Source of the DNA: Kiritimatiellia bacterium
Lineage (GTDB): Bacteria > Verrucomicrobiota > Kiritimatiellia > RFP12 > UBA1067
Reading direction: 5' to 3'
Length of the DNA: 38,812 bases
NCBI GenBank assembly: GCA_017432385.1
Contig: JAFRJH010000154.1
Location: forward strand, 1 to 38,812
Of this stretch, positions 17,600 through 27,250 are shown piece after piece (within the stretch, counting starts at the first letter, position 1; every line of letters begins with the position of its first letter). Below the pieces are notes generated by a model. It was not told the DNA's origin. It made no database searches and saw nothing but the letters and a program-made list of their open reading frames with translations. The position numbers and the translations under genes are program-made.

Positions 17600-18966
17600 A
17601 AATCCCGAGACGCGCATTCATCGCCGGCTCCGCGGCATTCGCCGCCTGGCCGAGGTGCATTTTCGCCGACGATCCGGCGCGGGTCGCCACTGTCTGGGAG
17701 AACCCGGACGGCACCGCGACGGACGCGGTCATGGTCCGGCGACTCCATCTGGACCTCGCCGGGCGCATTCCGACGAAGGACGAGGCGCAGGCCTACGTCG
17801 CCTCGAAGGCCGCGGACAAGCGCGCCGCGCTCGTCGACCGGCTTCTCGCCTCGACGGAATTCGCCGACTACTGGGCGATGCGGTTCTGCGACGTCCTGCG
17901 CGTCAAGAGCGAGTTCCCAATCAACCTCTGGCCCAACGCGGTCTACGTGTATCATGCGCGCATCAGGAAGTTCGGGGAGGGCAACGAGCCCTGGGACGAG
18001 TTCGGCCGCGCGCTTCTTACGTCGCAGGGGAGCGACTTCCGCGACGCCGAGGTGAACTTCTTCCGCGCGACGGACAGGCGTACGCCGGAGGGCTGGGCGG
18101 AGGCGGCGGCGCAGACTTTCCTCGGCATTCCGCCCGAATCCCTTTCGTCCTGGCGCCGCGGCAGGATGGCGAAATTCTTCGCCGGGCTCCAGATCAAGAC
18201 CACGCGCGAGTGGAAGGAGGAGATCGTCTTCGTGGAGGGGCGCGACCGCCGCGCCGAGCTCTGCGACGATCTGTTCGTGAAGCGGCGCGCGGAGGTCGAG
18301 GCGGCGTTCCGCAGGCTCGTCCGCGGCTGGATATTCGGTCCGGACGCGAAGGCGGATTCCGTCGGCGGGAGCCTTGGCCTCAAGGACGTCGTCAGGGAGG
18401 CCGTGCTTTCCGGCGAATACGCGCGCGGCTCGGTGACCGGGGGCTTCCCGGCGAGGAGGATCGACGCCGAGGTGCTGGACGACATCATCTGCACGCTTGG
18501 CGGCGGCGTCCGCAACTACCAGTCCCCCGCGCCGGAGCCTTTCACGTTCCTCCCCGGGAACCGCCGCACCGTGTGCGTCGAGGACGGCTCGATCTCAAGC
18601 TCCTTCCTGACGCTCTTCGGGCGTCCCGCGCGCGATACCGGGCTTCCTGGCGAGCGCATTTCCGACGTCACCTCGAAGCAGCGGCTCTACCTCTTCAACT
18701 CGGGCCGTCTGCACGGGCTGCTCGGCCGGGTGGCGCAGCCGGGTGGCTGGAAGAACAATCCGCTCGTGAAACTCCCTCTGGCCAAGCGCGTCGACGATCT
18801 CTACTGGCGAGTACTGAGCCGTGAGCCTTCTGCGGAAGAGCGCAGGAAGATCTTGGGCCTGTGGGAGCGCCGCGGCGGCTGGAAGAAGGGCGCCAAGCCC
18901 TACGATCTCCTGCGAGACCTGTCGTGGTGCCTTTTCAATACAAAGGAGTTCCTTTTCAGGATCTGA
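17590..18966 (+). CDS. DUF1549/DUF1553 (PSCyt2/PSD1) domain protein with a Tat-like signal
   Basis: RRAFIAGSAAFAAW twin-arginine-like N-terminus. DUF1549 pattern RRL.LDL.GR.PT..E...Y......KR..LVD.LL.S.EF..YWA..F.D.LR. DUF1553-type C-terminus (...LSREPS..E......DL.WCLFNTKEFLF). Overlaps the upstream gene by 10 nt. Confidence 0.72.
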   Translation: MHVEIPRRAFIAGSAAFAAWPRCIFADDPARVATVWENPDGTATDAVMVRRLHLDLAGRIPTKDEAQAYVASKAADKRAALVDRLLASTEFADYWAMRFCDVLRVKSEFPINLWPNAVYVYHARIRKFGEGNEPWDEFGRALLTSQGSDFRDAEVNFFRATDRRTPEGWAEAAAQTFLGIPPESLSSWRRGRMAKFFAGLQIKTTREWKEEIVFVEGRDRRAELCDDLFVKRRAEVEAAFRRLVRGWIFGPDAKADSVGGSLGLKDVVREAVLSGEYARGSVTGGFPARRIDAEVLDDIICTLGGGVRNYQSPAPEPFTFLPGNRRTVCVEDGSISSSFLTLFGRPARDTGLPGERISDVTSKQRLYLFNSGRLHGLLGRVAQPGGWKNNPLVKLPLAKRVDDLYWRVLSREPSAEERRKILGLWERRGGWKKGAKPYDLLRDLSWCLFNTKEFLFRI

Positions 18967-18981
18967 TTGCGCCTTTGATGA

Positions 18982-19010
18982 TTGACTTGTTTCCGCGGAA
19001 GGCGTATAAT
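18982..19010 (+). promoter_or_regulatory. strong sigma70-type promoter (TTGACT-17 bp-TATAAT)
   Basis: TTGACT at 18982-18987 and TATAAT at 19005-19010. AAGGGGA Shine-Dalgarno and ATG-19042 lie downstream. Confidence 0.75.
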
Positions 19011-19041
19011 ACACGCAATTTTGAACAAACAAGGGGAAAGA

Positions 19042-20547
19042 ATGAAGAAGCTGATAATTTCCGCAGTCTTTGCATGCGGACTGGTTGCGGCGATCGAGGC
19101 TGCGCCCGGCGATGCCGTGACGCAGGCCGATCTGAAGGCGCTCATCGAGCGGATCAACAAGCTCGAGGCCGAGAACAAGGCCCAGGCGGAGAAGATCGCC
19201 CGGCTTGAGGGCAGGATTGCAGGTCCGGCGGCGGTGAAGGCGGAAGAGAAGGGCGCCGCGCCAGCCCTGGCGAGGGAAGAGACGACCGAGGTGAGCGAGT
19301 CGGGCCGCGTCTACAAGACGGCGCAGGGCTACAGCTACTACCTCGCCGACAAGTTCGCGGGCATCTTCGAGCCGCTCAGCGACGCAGGCCTCAAGATCAC
19401 CCCGTACGGCTGGCTGGTCGCCGAGATCGACTACAACTCCCATTCGACGGAGGTCGACACGTACACGGACTACGTACGCCGCAAGAGCCACCGCAGCTAC
19501 AAGGACGGGACGATGGTCTTCTCGATGCAGGACTCCATTCTCGGCATCCGCTTCGAGACGCCCGAGAAGGTCGACGGGTGGAAGTTCAGCGGCAAGGCCG
19601 AATTCGACCTCGCCGGCGACCACGCCAACGACTACGCCTTCCACTGGCGCCACCTCTACACCGAGGCCGAGCACGACAGCGGCTGGTCGATCCTCTTCGG
19701 CCAGACCTGGCACCTCTGGAGAATGGTCACCCCGAGCGAGATCGACGGCGCGTGGATGGAGAACACGGGCCATCCGTACCGCCGCAGCCCGCAGATCCGC
19801 GTGACGAAGAAGTGGGACTTCAAGGAGAACGGCACGCTCGAGGCGCGCGTCGGCCTCGTAAAGAACGGCCCCGGCATGGGCGGCGACCGCGACGGCGACG
19901 GCAACCAGGACAACTCCGCGTCGCGCTGGGCGCTCGTCGAGGGCGCGCTCCTCTACGAACGCGACGCCTTCTGGACCGAGGCTGAGGGCAAGGAGACCAG
20001 GCGCTGGCTCGTCGGCGTCGCCGGAATGTACGGGCGCGACCGCAGCCACCGCGCGAGCGAGTGGGACGACGACGGGCTCCCCGTCGCGTTCGACGGCACG
20101 AGCGACGACTACGACTCCCAGATGCTCATGTTCGCGGCGTCCCTCCCGCTTTCCAGGCGCTTCACTCTGTGCGGACAGCTCTTCGCCGGCGAGAACCTCG
20201 GCGGCATCCAGGCCGGCGTCGGGCAGCGCGTCGCGTACCGTCCCGACCACAGGCGCGGGACGTGCGTGAGGACGATCGGCGGATTCGTCGACCTCAACTT
20301 CAACCTTACGCCCGACGACGAGAAGTGGTCCTTCGCGGCCGGCTACGGGTTCGACGATCCGCAGGACTCCGACGCCCACTACGCGGAGGGCATCTGCTAC
20401 AACGACCGCGCCTACATCGACGCGTTCTACCGCGTGAACGCCAACCTCCACTTCGGCGTCGAGTACGCGTACCTAACGACGAAGTACTACGACGAGGGCC
20501 GCGCAAACGACCACCGCTTCCAGATCACGGCCTTCTACGACTTCTGA
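19042..20547 (+). CDS. outer-membrane porin with N-terminal coiled coil (DcaP-like)
   Basis: Signal peptide MKKLIISAVFACGLVAAIEA. Heptad segment (DLKALIERINKLEAENKAQAEKIARLEGRI). Alternating beta-strand-like C-terminal region ending in the aromatic residue F (..FQITAFYDF). Confidence 0.6.
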   Translation: MKKLIISAVFACGLVAAIEAAPGDAVTQADLKALIERINKLEAENKAQAEKIARLEGRIAGPAAVKAEEKGAAPALAREETTEVSESGRVYKTAQGYSYYLADKFAGIFEPLSDAGLKITPYGWLVAEIDYNSHSTEVDTYTDYVRRKSHRSYKDGTMVFSMQDSILGIRFETPEKVDGWKFSGKAEFDLAGDHANDYAFHWRHLYTEAEHDSGWSILFGQTWHLWRMVTPSEIDGAWMENTGHPYRRSPQIRVTKKWDFKENGTLEARVGLVKNGPGMGGDRDGDGNQDNSASRWALVEGALLYERDAFWTEAEGKETRRWLVGVAGMYGRDRSHRASEWDDDGLPVAFDGTSDDYDSQMLMFAASLPLSRRFTLCGQLFAGENLGGIQAGVGQRVAYRPDHRRGTCVRTIGGFVDLNFNLTPDDEKWSFAAGYGFDDPQDSDAHYAEGICYNDRAYIDAFYRVNANLHFGVEYAYLTTKYYDEGRANDHRFQITAFYDF

Positions 20548-20560
20548 TACGGTAGCAGAC

Positions 20561-21994
20561 ATGGACAAAAGGGCAACGTGGTCGGGGCAGCTGGCATTCG
20601 TGCTGGCTGCCGCCGCTTCTGCAATAGGGCTCGGGAACCTCTGGCGCTTCCCCTATCTCGCGGCCCAGTACGGCGGGGGAACCTTCATCGCCGTGTATCT
20701 GTGCCTCGTGGTGACGCTCGGCTTCACGCTGATGCTGACCGAGATCGCGATCGGGCGCAAGACCCAGCAGTCGCAGCTCACGGCCTATTCGAGGCTGCAC
20801 GGCGCCTGGGGCTTCGTGGGGATTCTCGGCACGGTCGTACCGATCCTGATCACGCCCTACTACTGCGTGATCGGCGGATGGGTCCTCTACTACCTTAAGG
20901 CGTACGCCGTGATGGCGTTCACCGGCGCCGCGCCTCTTGGCGAGGCGGCGGCGCAGTCCGGCGAGTTCTTCTCTGGCTTCATCTCGGCCCCGTTCGCCCC
21001 GTTTGGCTACGGGATGGTCTTCGTCACGGCGTGCGCGTGCGTCATCGTCCTCGGCGTGAAGAACGGAATCGAGAAGTCCAACCTCGTGATGATGCCGATC
21101 CTGTTCCTCATGGCCGTGGCGATATCGGTGTACGTCATCTGCCTGCCGGGGTCCGGCGAGGGCCTGAGGTACTACCTCGTCCCGAACATGGACTGCCTCA
21201 GGGCGGCGGACGGGTCGTTCTCCCCCGCGCTCCTCTGCAAGACGATCCTCGGCGCGATGGGCCAGATGTTCTACTCCCTCTCCCTCGCGATGGGCATCAT
21301 GATCACCTACGGGTCGTACATGAAGAAGGGCGACTCGATAGAGGGGTGCGTGCGCCGCATCGAGATATTCGACACCCTGATCGCGGTGATCGCGGGGCTC
21401 ATGATCATACCAGTCGTCTACATGTTCGCGGTCAAGACGGGGACGAACGTCCACCAGGCGATGAACGCGGGCCCGGGGCTCATGTTCATAACGCTGCCGC
21501 AGGTCTTCGCGACCCTCGGCGCGGCCGGTCCGTGGGTGGGGCTCGCCTTCTTCATCCTCGTGACGTTCGCCGCCGCGACGAGCGCGATCTCGCTCATGGA
21601 GGCGTGCGTTGCGTCCGTCTGCGACGTTCTGAAGCTCGAGCGCAAGGCGGCGACGTTCTTCACGACGGCGCTCATCGCGTTCCTCGCGACGTTCTCGGCG
21701 CTCGGGTACGGCCCGTGGAAGGACGTCACGGTCTTCAAGATGCAGTTCCTCGACTTCTTCGACTTCATAACGAACTCTGCGCTAATGCCGATCGTCGCGA
21801 CGGCGACGTGCATTTTCGTCGGATGGGTGCTGGGGCCGAAGTCCGTGATCGAGGAGGTCGAGGCCGAGGGGCGCAGGTTCCGCGCGAAGCACCTCTACAC
21901 GGTCATGGTCAAGTACATTGCGCCGGCGTTCATGATCGCGATTCTCGTCTCCGAGATATGCCGTGCCTTCAAGATCAAGGGCTGGAGCATCTGA
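20561..21994 (+). CDS. sodium-dependent transporter, NSS/SNF family
   Basis: Signature W.....F.LA.....IGLGNLWRFPY....YGGG.F, and about 11-12 hydrophobic helices. Confidence 0.88.
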   Translation: MDKRATWSGQLAFVLAAAASAIGLGNLWRFPYLAAQYGGGTFIAVYLCLVVTLGFTLMLTEIAIGRKTQQSQLTAYSRLHGAWGFVGILGTVVPILITPYYCVIGGWVLYYLKAYAVMAFTGAAPLGEAAAQSGEFFSGFISAPFAPFGYGMVFVTACACVIVLGVKNGIEKSNLVMMPILFLMAVAISVYVICLPGSGEGLRYYLVPNMDCLRAADGSFSPALLCKTILGAMGQMFYSLSLAMGIMITYGSYMKKGDSIEGCVRRIEIFDTLIAVIAGLMIIPVVYMFAVKTGTNVHQAMNAGPGLMFITLPQVFATLGAAGPWVGLAFFILVTFAAATSAISLMEACVASVCDVLKLERKAATFFTTALIAFLATFSALGYGPWKDVTVFKMQFLDFFDFITNSALMPIVATATCIFVGWVLGPKSVIEEVEAEGRRFRAKHLYTVMVKYIAPAFMIAILVSEICRAFKIKGWSI

Positions 21995-22032
21995 GGCCGG
22001 AAACAGCTTGAAACACCAACAAGGAAGCAGAC

Positions 22033-23625
22033 ATGTTTGACTACACCGTGCTTTTCGCGTTCGCGGGATACCTCGCGGTCATGCTCGGAATCGGATTCTT
22101 CTTCTCCATGAGGCAGGAGAACCTCGGGGACTACTACCTGGGCGGACGCCGGATGAACAAGTGGGTCGTCGCGCTCTCGGCGCAGGCGTCCGACATGTCC
22201 GGCTGGCTCCTGATGGGGCTCCCCGGCGCGATCTACGTCGGCGGGTTCTCCGAGGCGTGGATAGGCATCGGGCTCCTCATCGGCACCTACCTCAACTGGA
22301 AGATCGTCGCCCACAGGCTCAGGCGCTACTCGCAGGCGTGCGGCGACTCCATAACGATACCGGACTTCATCTGCAACCGGTTCCGGGACAAGACCGGCAT
22401 CTCAAGAATCCTCGCCGCGCTCATCATCCTCGTGTTCTTCACGTTCTACACCGCCTCCGGGTTCGTGTCGTGCGCGAAGCTCTTCACGACGACGTTCGGC
22501 GTGCCCGAGCACATCGCCGCGCTCGGCGGCATGTCCGGCTACTCCCTCTGCCTCTGGATAGGCGCGGTCGTCGTCGTGAGCTACACGCTCATGGGCGGGT
22601 ACATGGCCGTGTGCTGGACGGACTTCGTCCAGGGCGCGCTGATGTTCGTCGCAATCGTCATCGTGCCCGCGATCGTCGTCTGCAACGCGGGCGGCTTCGC
22701 CTCGACCGTCGACGCGCTCAACGAGATCAACCCCTACCTACAGTCGCTCTTCACCAACGCGTCCACCGGAAAGGCCGCCGGATTCATCGGGCTCGCCTCG
22801 TGCATGGCGTGGGGCCTCGGCTACTTCGGCATGCCCCACATCCTCGTGCGCTTCATGTCCATCGACAACCCCGCGGAGGTCAAGGGCTCCCGCCGCATCG
22901 CGATGAGCTGGGTCACCATCTCGCTCGGCGCGGCGGTGGTCATCGGACTCGTCTTCCACCTCTTCCTCAAGCAGCGCGGACTCACCCTTGCGGACGTCGG
23001 AGGCGATCCCGAGAAGTGCTTCATGATCATGATCAACGGCATCTTCTCGAGCGGCTTCATCGCGCGCGTCTTCGCCGGCATCCTGCTCTCCGCCATCATG
23101 GCCGCGATCATGTCCACCGCCGACTCGCAGCTCCTCGTCTCCGCGTCGAGCTTCTCCAACGACTTCTACAAGATCGTCCTCAGGAAGAAGGCCACGGACC
23201 GCGAGCTGCTCGTCGTCTCGCGCGTCGCCGTCGGCGCTGTCGCGCTCGTGGCGATCTTGCTCGCGATGAACACGAAGAGCGAGTTCTTCAAGGTCGTCAT
23301 GAAGATGGTGTCGTTCGCCTGGGGCGGATTCGGCGCGTCGTTCGGCCCGCTCATCCTACTCGCCCTCTTCTGGCGCAGGGTGAACCTCGCGGGCGCGGTG
23401 AGCGGAATGGTCGTCGGCGCGACGACGTGCTTCGTGTGGAAGTTCGCTACGTTCGCCGAAGCGGCGCGCAATGCCTCGCCGGATTCGATCTTCCACCTCT
23501 ACGAGCTCGCGCCCGGGTTCCTCTTCTCGTTCATCGTCACAGTCGTCGTCTCGCTCCTCACGGCGAAGCCGTCGAAGGAGATAACGGACGAGTTCGACGC
23601 GGTTGCGGAGTCCTCAAGGGGCTGA
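22033..23625 (+). CDS. putP: sodium/proline symporter (SSS family)
   Basis: N-terminus YYLGGR.MN..V.ALSAQASDMSGWLLMGLPG, typical of PutP. About 13 TM helices. 530 aa. Confidence 0.82.
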   Translation: MFDYTVLFAFAGYLAVMLGIGFFFSMRQENLGDYYLGGRRMNKWVVALSAQASDMSGWLLMGLPGAIYVGGFSEAWIGIGLLIGTYLNWKIVAHRLRRYSQACGDSITIPDFICNRFRDKTGISRILAALIILVFFTFYTASGFVSCAKLFTTTFGVPEHIAALGGMSGYSLCLWIGAVVVVSYTLMGGYMAVCWTDFVQGALMFVAIVIVPAIVVCNAGGFASTVDALNEINPYLQSLFTNASTGKAAGFIGLASCMAWGLGYFGMPHILVRFMSIDNPAEVKGSRRIAMSWVTISLGAAVVIGLVFHLFLKQRGLTLADVGGDPEKCFMIMINGIFSSGFIARVFAGILLSAIMAAIMSTADSQLLVSASSFSNDFYKIVLRKKATDRELLVVSRVAVGAVALVAILLAMNTKSEFFKVVMKMVSFAWGGFGASFGPLILLALFWRRVNLAGAVSGMVVGATTCFVWKFATFAEAARNASPDSIFHLYELAPGFLFSFIVTVVVSLLTAKPSKEITDEFDAVAESSRG

Positions 23626-23637
23626 AGGGCCAACACC

Positions 23638-25653
23638 ATGGAAGGAAGCGCGAAGAAGTGGGCGGCGTTCGGTTGCGGATGCCTCGTCGAAGTCGCGGCG
23701 TTCGCCGTCGTGCTCCCTGCCCTTGGCGCAGACCGCGCCGTCAGCGCACTGGTCTACATGCTCGCGGCGGCGGTCCCCGTCGTCTGCGTCCGGTGCCTCG
23801 TTTTCTCGGAATCGACGCCCTCCTGGGTCCGCGCCGCGATCGGCCCGGCCGTCATGGCCGCGTGCATCGCGCTCGCCTGCGCGTTCCCGATCCATCTCGA
23901 CGACGAAGACGCGCCCGACGGGCCCGCGCCGCAGCAGGAGCGGAAGCAGGCCGGGGCGGACGCGGCGGAAGCGCCGCGCGAGTCCCTGGACGACCTCCTG
24001 GCCGAGCTCGACTCCCTCGTCGGGCTGGAGGGAGTGAAGGCCGAGGTCCGCCGCATAATGAACAAGGAGAAGGTCGACGCCGCGCGCCGCGCGCAGGGCC
24101 TCCCCGTCGCGCCGCGCTCGCTGCACATGATCTTCACGGGCAACCCCGGCACGGGCAAGACGACCGTCGCCAGGATCGTCGCGCGGATATTCCGCTCGCT
24201 GGGCGTGGTCGAGAAGGGCCAGCTCGTCGAGACCGACCGTTCGGGGCTCGTCGGCGGCTACATGGGCGAGACCGCGAAGAAGACCGCCGCGAAGTGCGAC
24301 GAGGCGCTCGGGGGCATCCTCTTCATCGACGAAGCCTACCAGCTCTGCACCTCTGACAGCGACGACTACGGCAAGGAGGCCATCGCGACGCTCCTCAAGC
24401 GCATGGAGGACAACCGCGGGAAGATGATCGTCATAGCGGCGGGGTACACCGACGAGATGCGCGACTTCCTCGCGGCGAACTCCGGCCTCTCCAGCCGGTT
24501 CGGAATAAAGATCGAGTTCGCCGACTACACGGCGAAGGAGCTCGCCTCGATTTTCCGCTCTATGTGCGGCAAGAACGGCTACCGGCTCTCGCCCGCGCTC
24601 GAGTCGGGGCTTGACGACGCGATGGCGCGCCTCACGCGCCGCCGCGACAAGACCTTCGGCAACGCGCGCTTCGTGCGCCAGCTCTTCGAGGACGCGACCG
24701 GACGCCAGGCCGACCGCCTCGCCGCGACCGGCGCCGACCTCTCCGGCGACGCCGTCGCCACGCTGGACCTCGCGGACCTCGGGGTCGGCGCGAAGGCGGA
24801 GGATGTCCGCGCGCCGTCGATCGACGAGGTCCTCGCCGAGCTGGACGGCCTCACAGGGATGAAGGACGTGAAAGACGCCGTGAGGAAGCTCGTCGCAACA
24901 TGCCGCGCGAACAGAATGCGCGAGGCGCAGGGCGTGGAGTCCGCGCCGATGAGCTACAACTTCGTCTTCACGGGCAACCCGGGCACGGGCAAGACGACGG
25001 TCGCGCGTATCCTCGCGAAGGCGTTCCGCGCTCTCGGGATACTCGAGCGCGGGCATCTCGTCGAGACGGACAGGTCGGGGCTCGTCGCGGCGTACTCCGG
25101 CCAGACCGCGATCAAGACGAACAGGCTCATCGACTCCGCCGTGGGAGGCATACTCTTCATCGACGAGGCGTATACGCTCAACCAGGGGCAGAACGACACC
25201 TACGGCTCAGAGGCGGTCGCGACGCTCCTCAAGCGCATGGAGGACGAGCGCGGCAGGATGGTCGTTATCATAGCGGGCTACAAGGAGGAGATGAAGAAGT
25301 TCTTCGCGCTCAACTCCGGCCTCGAGAGCAGGTTCAGCCGCGAGCTCTTCTTCCCCGACTTCTCGGCGGAGGACCTTGCGGCGATCTTCCGCCAGACCGC
25401 GAAGAAGAACAGGTACGTCCTCTCGCCCGACGTCGAGAAGTGGCTCGAGTCGTACATCCGCGTCACGACAAGGGACCGCGGCAAGAACTTCGGCAACGGC
25501 AGGTGGGTCAGAAACCTGTTCGAGAAGACCGTCGAGCGGCAGTCGCTCCGCGTCGTGGACCTGAAGGACCCGCCGCCGGAGGAGCTTCTGACGATACGCA
25601 TGAAGGACGTCGGCATATCGCTCAAGGACCCCGCCGCATCGGACGAGGACTGA
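23638..25653 (+). CDS. membrane-anchored tandem AAA+ ATPase (two CbbX/SpoVK-type modules)
   Basis: About three N-terminal hydrophobic helices in the first 85 residues. Two full modules follow, each with L.EL..L.GL..VK, Walker A GNPGTGKTT, Walker B ILFIDEAY and an AGY...M......N.GL.SRF region. Confidence 0.85.
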   Translation: MEGSAKKWAAFGCGCLVEVAAFAVVLPALGADRAVSALVYMLAAAVPVVCVRCLVFSESTPSWVRAAIGPAVMAACIALACAFPIHLDDEDAPDGPAPQQERKQAGADAAEAPRESLDDLLAELDSLVGLEGVKAEVRRIMNKEKVDAARRAQGLPVAPRSLHMIFTGNPGTGKTTVARIVARIFRSLGVVEKGQLVETDRSGLVGGYMGETAKKTAAKCDEALGGILFIDEAYQLCTSDSDDYGKEAIATLLKRMEDNRGKMIVIAAGYTDEMRDFLAANSGLSSRFGIKIEFADYTAKELASIFRSMCGKNGYRLSPALESGLDDAMARLTRRRDKTFGNARFVRQLFEDATGRQADRLAATGADLSGDAVATLDLADLGVGAKAEDVRAPSIDEVLAELDGLTGMKDVKDAVRKLVATCRANRMREAQGVESAPMSYNFVFTGNPGTGKTTVARILAKAFRALGILERGHLVETDRSGLVAAYSGQTAIKTNRLIDSAVGGILFIDEAYTLNQGQNDTYGSEAVATLLKRMEDERGRMVVIIAGYKEEMKKFFALNSGLESRFSRELFFPDFSAEDLAAIFRQTAKKNRYVLSPDVEKWLESYIRVTTRDRGKNFGNGRWVRNLFEKTVERQSLRVVDLKDPPPEELLTIRMKDVGISLKDPAASDED

Positions 25654-25681
25654 ACGCCGGCGCCGGCACGGAGGAGAGACG

Positions 25682-27250
25682 ATGACGAACACAGTTGTTA
25701 CGACGGCCCTCAAGGCGATAGCCGAAGAGCCCGAGGCGGCCCTTTCGGGCACCGTGGCGAAGACCGTCGAGACCTCGAGCGGCTGGCTCGCGGCGCTCAC
25801 GACGTGGGTGGAGAGGGCCGACGACGCCGTCTGGGGGCTGCCGATGATCGGGACGATCCTCGTGACGGGGGTCCTTCTCACGTTCATCCTCCGGTTCAGC
25901 CACCTCTTCAACCTGAGGAACGCCTTCAGGTACATGTTCCACACCGAGGAGGGGACCGAGGGCGACGTCTCGGCGTTCGGGGCCCTCTGCACCGCGCTCT
26001 CGGCGACGATCGGCACCGGCAACATCGTCGGCGTCGCGACGGCGATCGGGACGGGCGGCCCGGGGGCTCTCTTCTGGATGGAGGTCGCCGCGTTCTTCGG
26101 CATGGCGACCAAGTACGCGGAAGGCCTGCTCGCCGTCAAGTACCGCGAGACCGCGCCCGACGGGCACAAGCTGGGCGGGCCGTTCTACTACATCGAGAAG
26201 GGCCTCAGGGGCAGGTTCGGCATCGGCAGCTGGAAATGGCTCGCGGTCCTCTTCGCCGTGTTCGGCGTCGGGGCGGGACTTCTCGGCATCGGCACGATAA
26301 CGCAGGTGCACGGCATCACGTCCGCGACGCAGCGATTCTTCGACCCTGCCTTCGACCCGGCCAATCTCGCGACGGGCGTGCAGCTCTTCGGGACGACCTA
26401 CTCTGTTCCGGTCGTGGTCGCGGGCGCCGTCGTGACGGCCGCGACGGCGCTTGTCGTCATCGGCGGACTCAAGCGCATCGCGAGCGTCTCGACGGTGATA
26501 GTGCCGTTCATGGCCGTCACCTACATCGCGATCTGCGCGTTCGTCCTCCTCGGGAACGTCTCCAAGATATCCGCCGCGGTCGAGCTCATCGTCCGCGCCG
26601 CGTTCAACCCGGCGGCGTTCACGGGCGGCATGGTGGGCACGATATTCGTAGCCATGCAGAAGGGCATTGCGCGCGGCATCTTCTCGAACGAGGCGGGACT
26701 GGGCTCCGCGCCGATCGCCGCGGCGGCCGCGAGGACGAAGGAGCCCGCCCGACAGGGACTCGTCTGCATGACCGGAACCTTCATCGACACGATAGTCGTC
26801 TGCTCGATGACGGGGCTCACGATCGTCGTCACGGGCGCGTGGGAGCCGTCGCTCGGGCTGAAGGGCGTGGACATCACGATAGAGGCGTTCAGCCGCGGGC
26901 TGTCCTTCCTCGGACCGCACTCCGGCGTCATCGCGTCGTTCTTCCTCATGGTCGCGCTCACGTTCTTCGCGTTCACGACGATCCTCGGCTGGGACTACTA
27001 TTCCGAGAAGTGCCTCGAGTACCTCGTGGGCCCGAACCGCCAGGGGCTGGTGAAGCTCTACCGGCTCGTGTACGTCCTCTTTGTCGCCGTCGGCCCGTAC
27101 CTCACGGTGAAGATCGTCTGGGGAGTCGCGGACACGATGAACGGACTCATGGCGTTCCCGAACCTCGTTGCGCTCGTCCTCCTCTCGCCGGTCGTGTGGC
27201 GGACGACGAAGGACTACCTTGAACGGAACGGCGGCAGGAATGCCCGGTGA
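25682..27250 (+). CDS. alanine/glycine:cation symporter (AGCS family)
   Basis: Signature SAFGALCTALSATIGTGNIVGVATAI..GGPGALFWM and GIARGIFSNEAGLGSAPIAAAAA. Multi-pass membrane protein. GGAGGA Shine-Dalgarno. Confidence 0.88.
   Translation: MTNTVVTTALKAIAEEPEAALSGTVAKTVETSSGWLAALTTWVERADDAVWGLPMIGTILVTGVLLTFILRFSHLFNLRNAFRYMFHTEEGTEGDVSAFGALCTALSATIGTGNIVGVATAIGTGGPGALFWMEVAAFFGMATKYAEGLLAVKYRETAPDGHKLGGPFYYIEKGLRGRFGIGSWKWLAVLFAVFGVGAGLLGIGTITQVHGITSATQRFFDPAFDPANLATGVQLFGTTYSVPVVVAGAVVTAATALVVIGGLKRIASVSTVIVPFMAVTYIAICAFVLLGNVSKISAAVELIVRAAFNPAAFTGGMVGTIFVAMQKGIARGIFSNEAGLGSAPIAAAAARTKEPARQGLVCMTGTFIDTIVVCSMTGLTIVVTGAWEPSLGLKGVDITIEAFSRGLSFLGPHSGVIASFFLMVALTFFAFTTILGWDYYSEKCLEYLVGPNRQGLVKLYRLVYVLFVAVGPYLTVKIVWGVADTMNGLMAFPNLVALVLLSPVVWRTTKDYLERNGGRNAR

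Noticed and set aside
20550-20556. ops-like element (CGGTAGC, cf. the RfaH ops consensus GGCGGTAGCGTG) between the porin and NSS genes.
   Set aside because: Only 7 of 12 positions match. It overlaps the ribosome-binding context of the NSS gene. RfaH-type ops sequences are not expected to be conserved for distant NusG paralogs.
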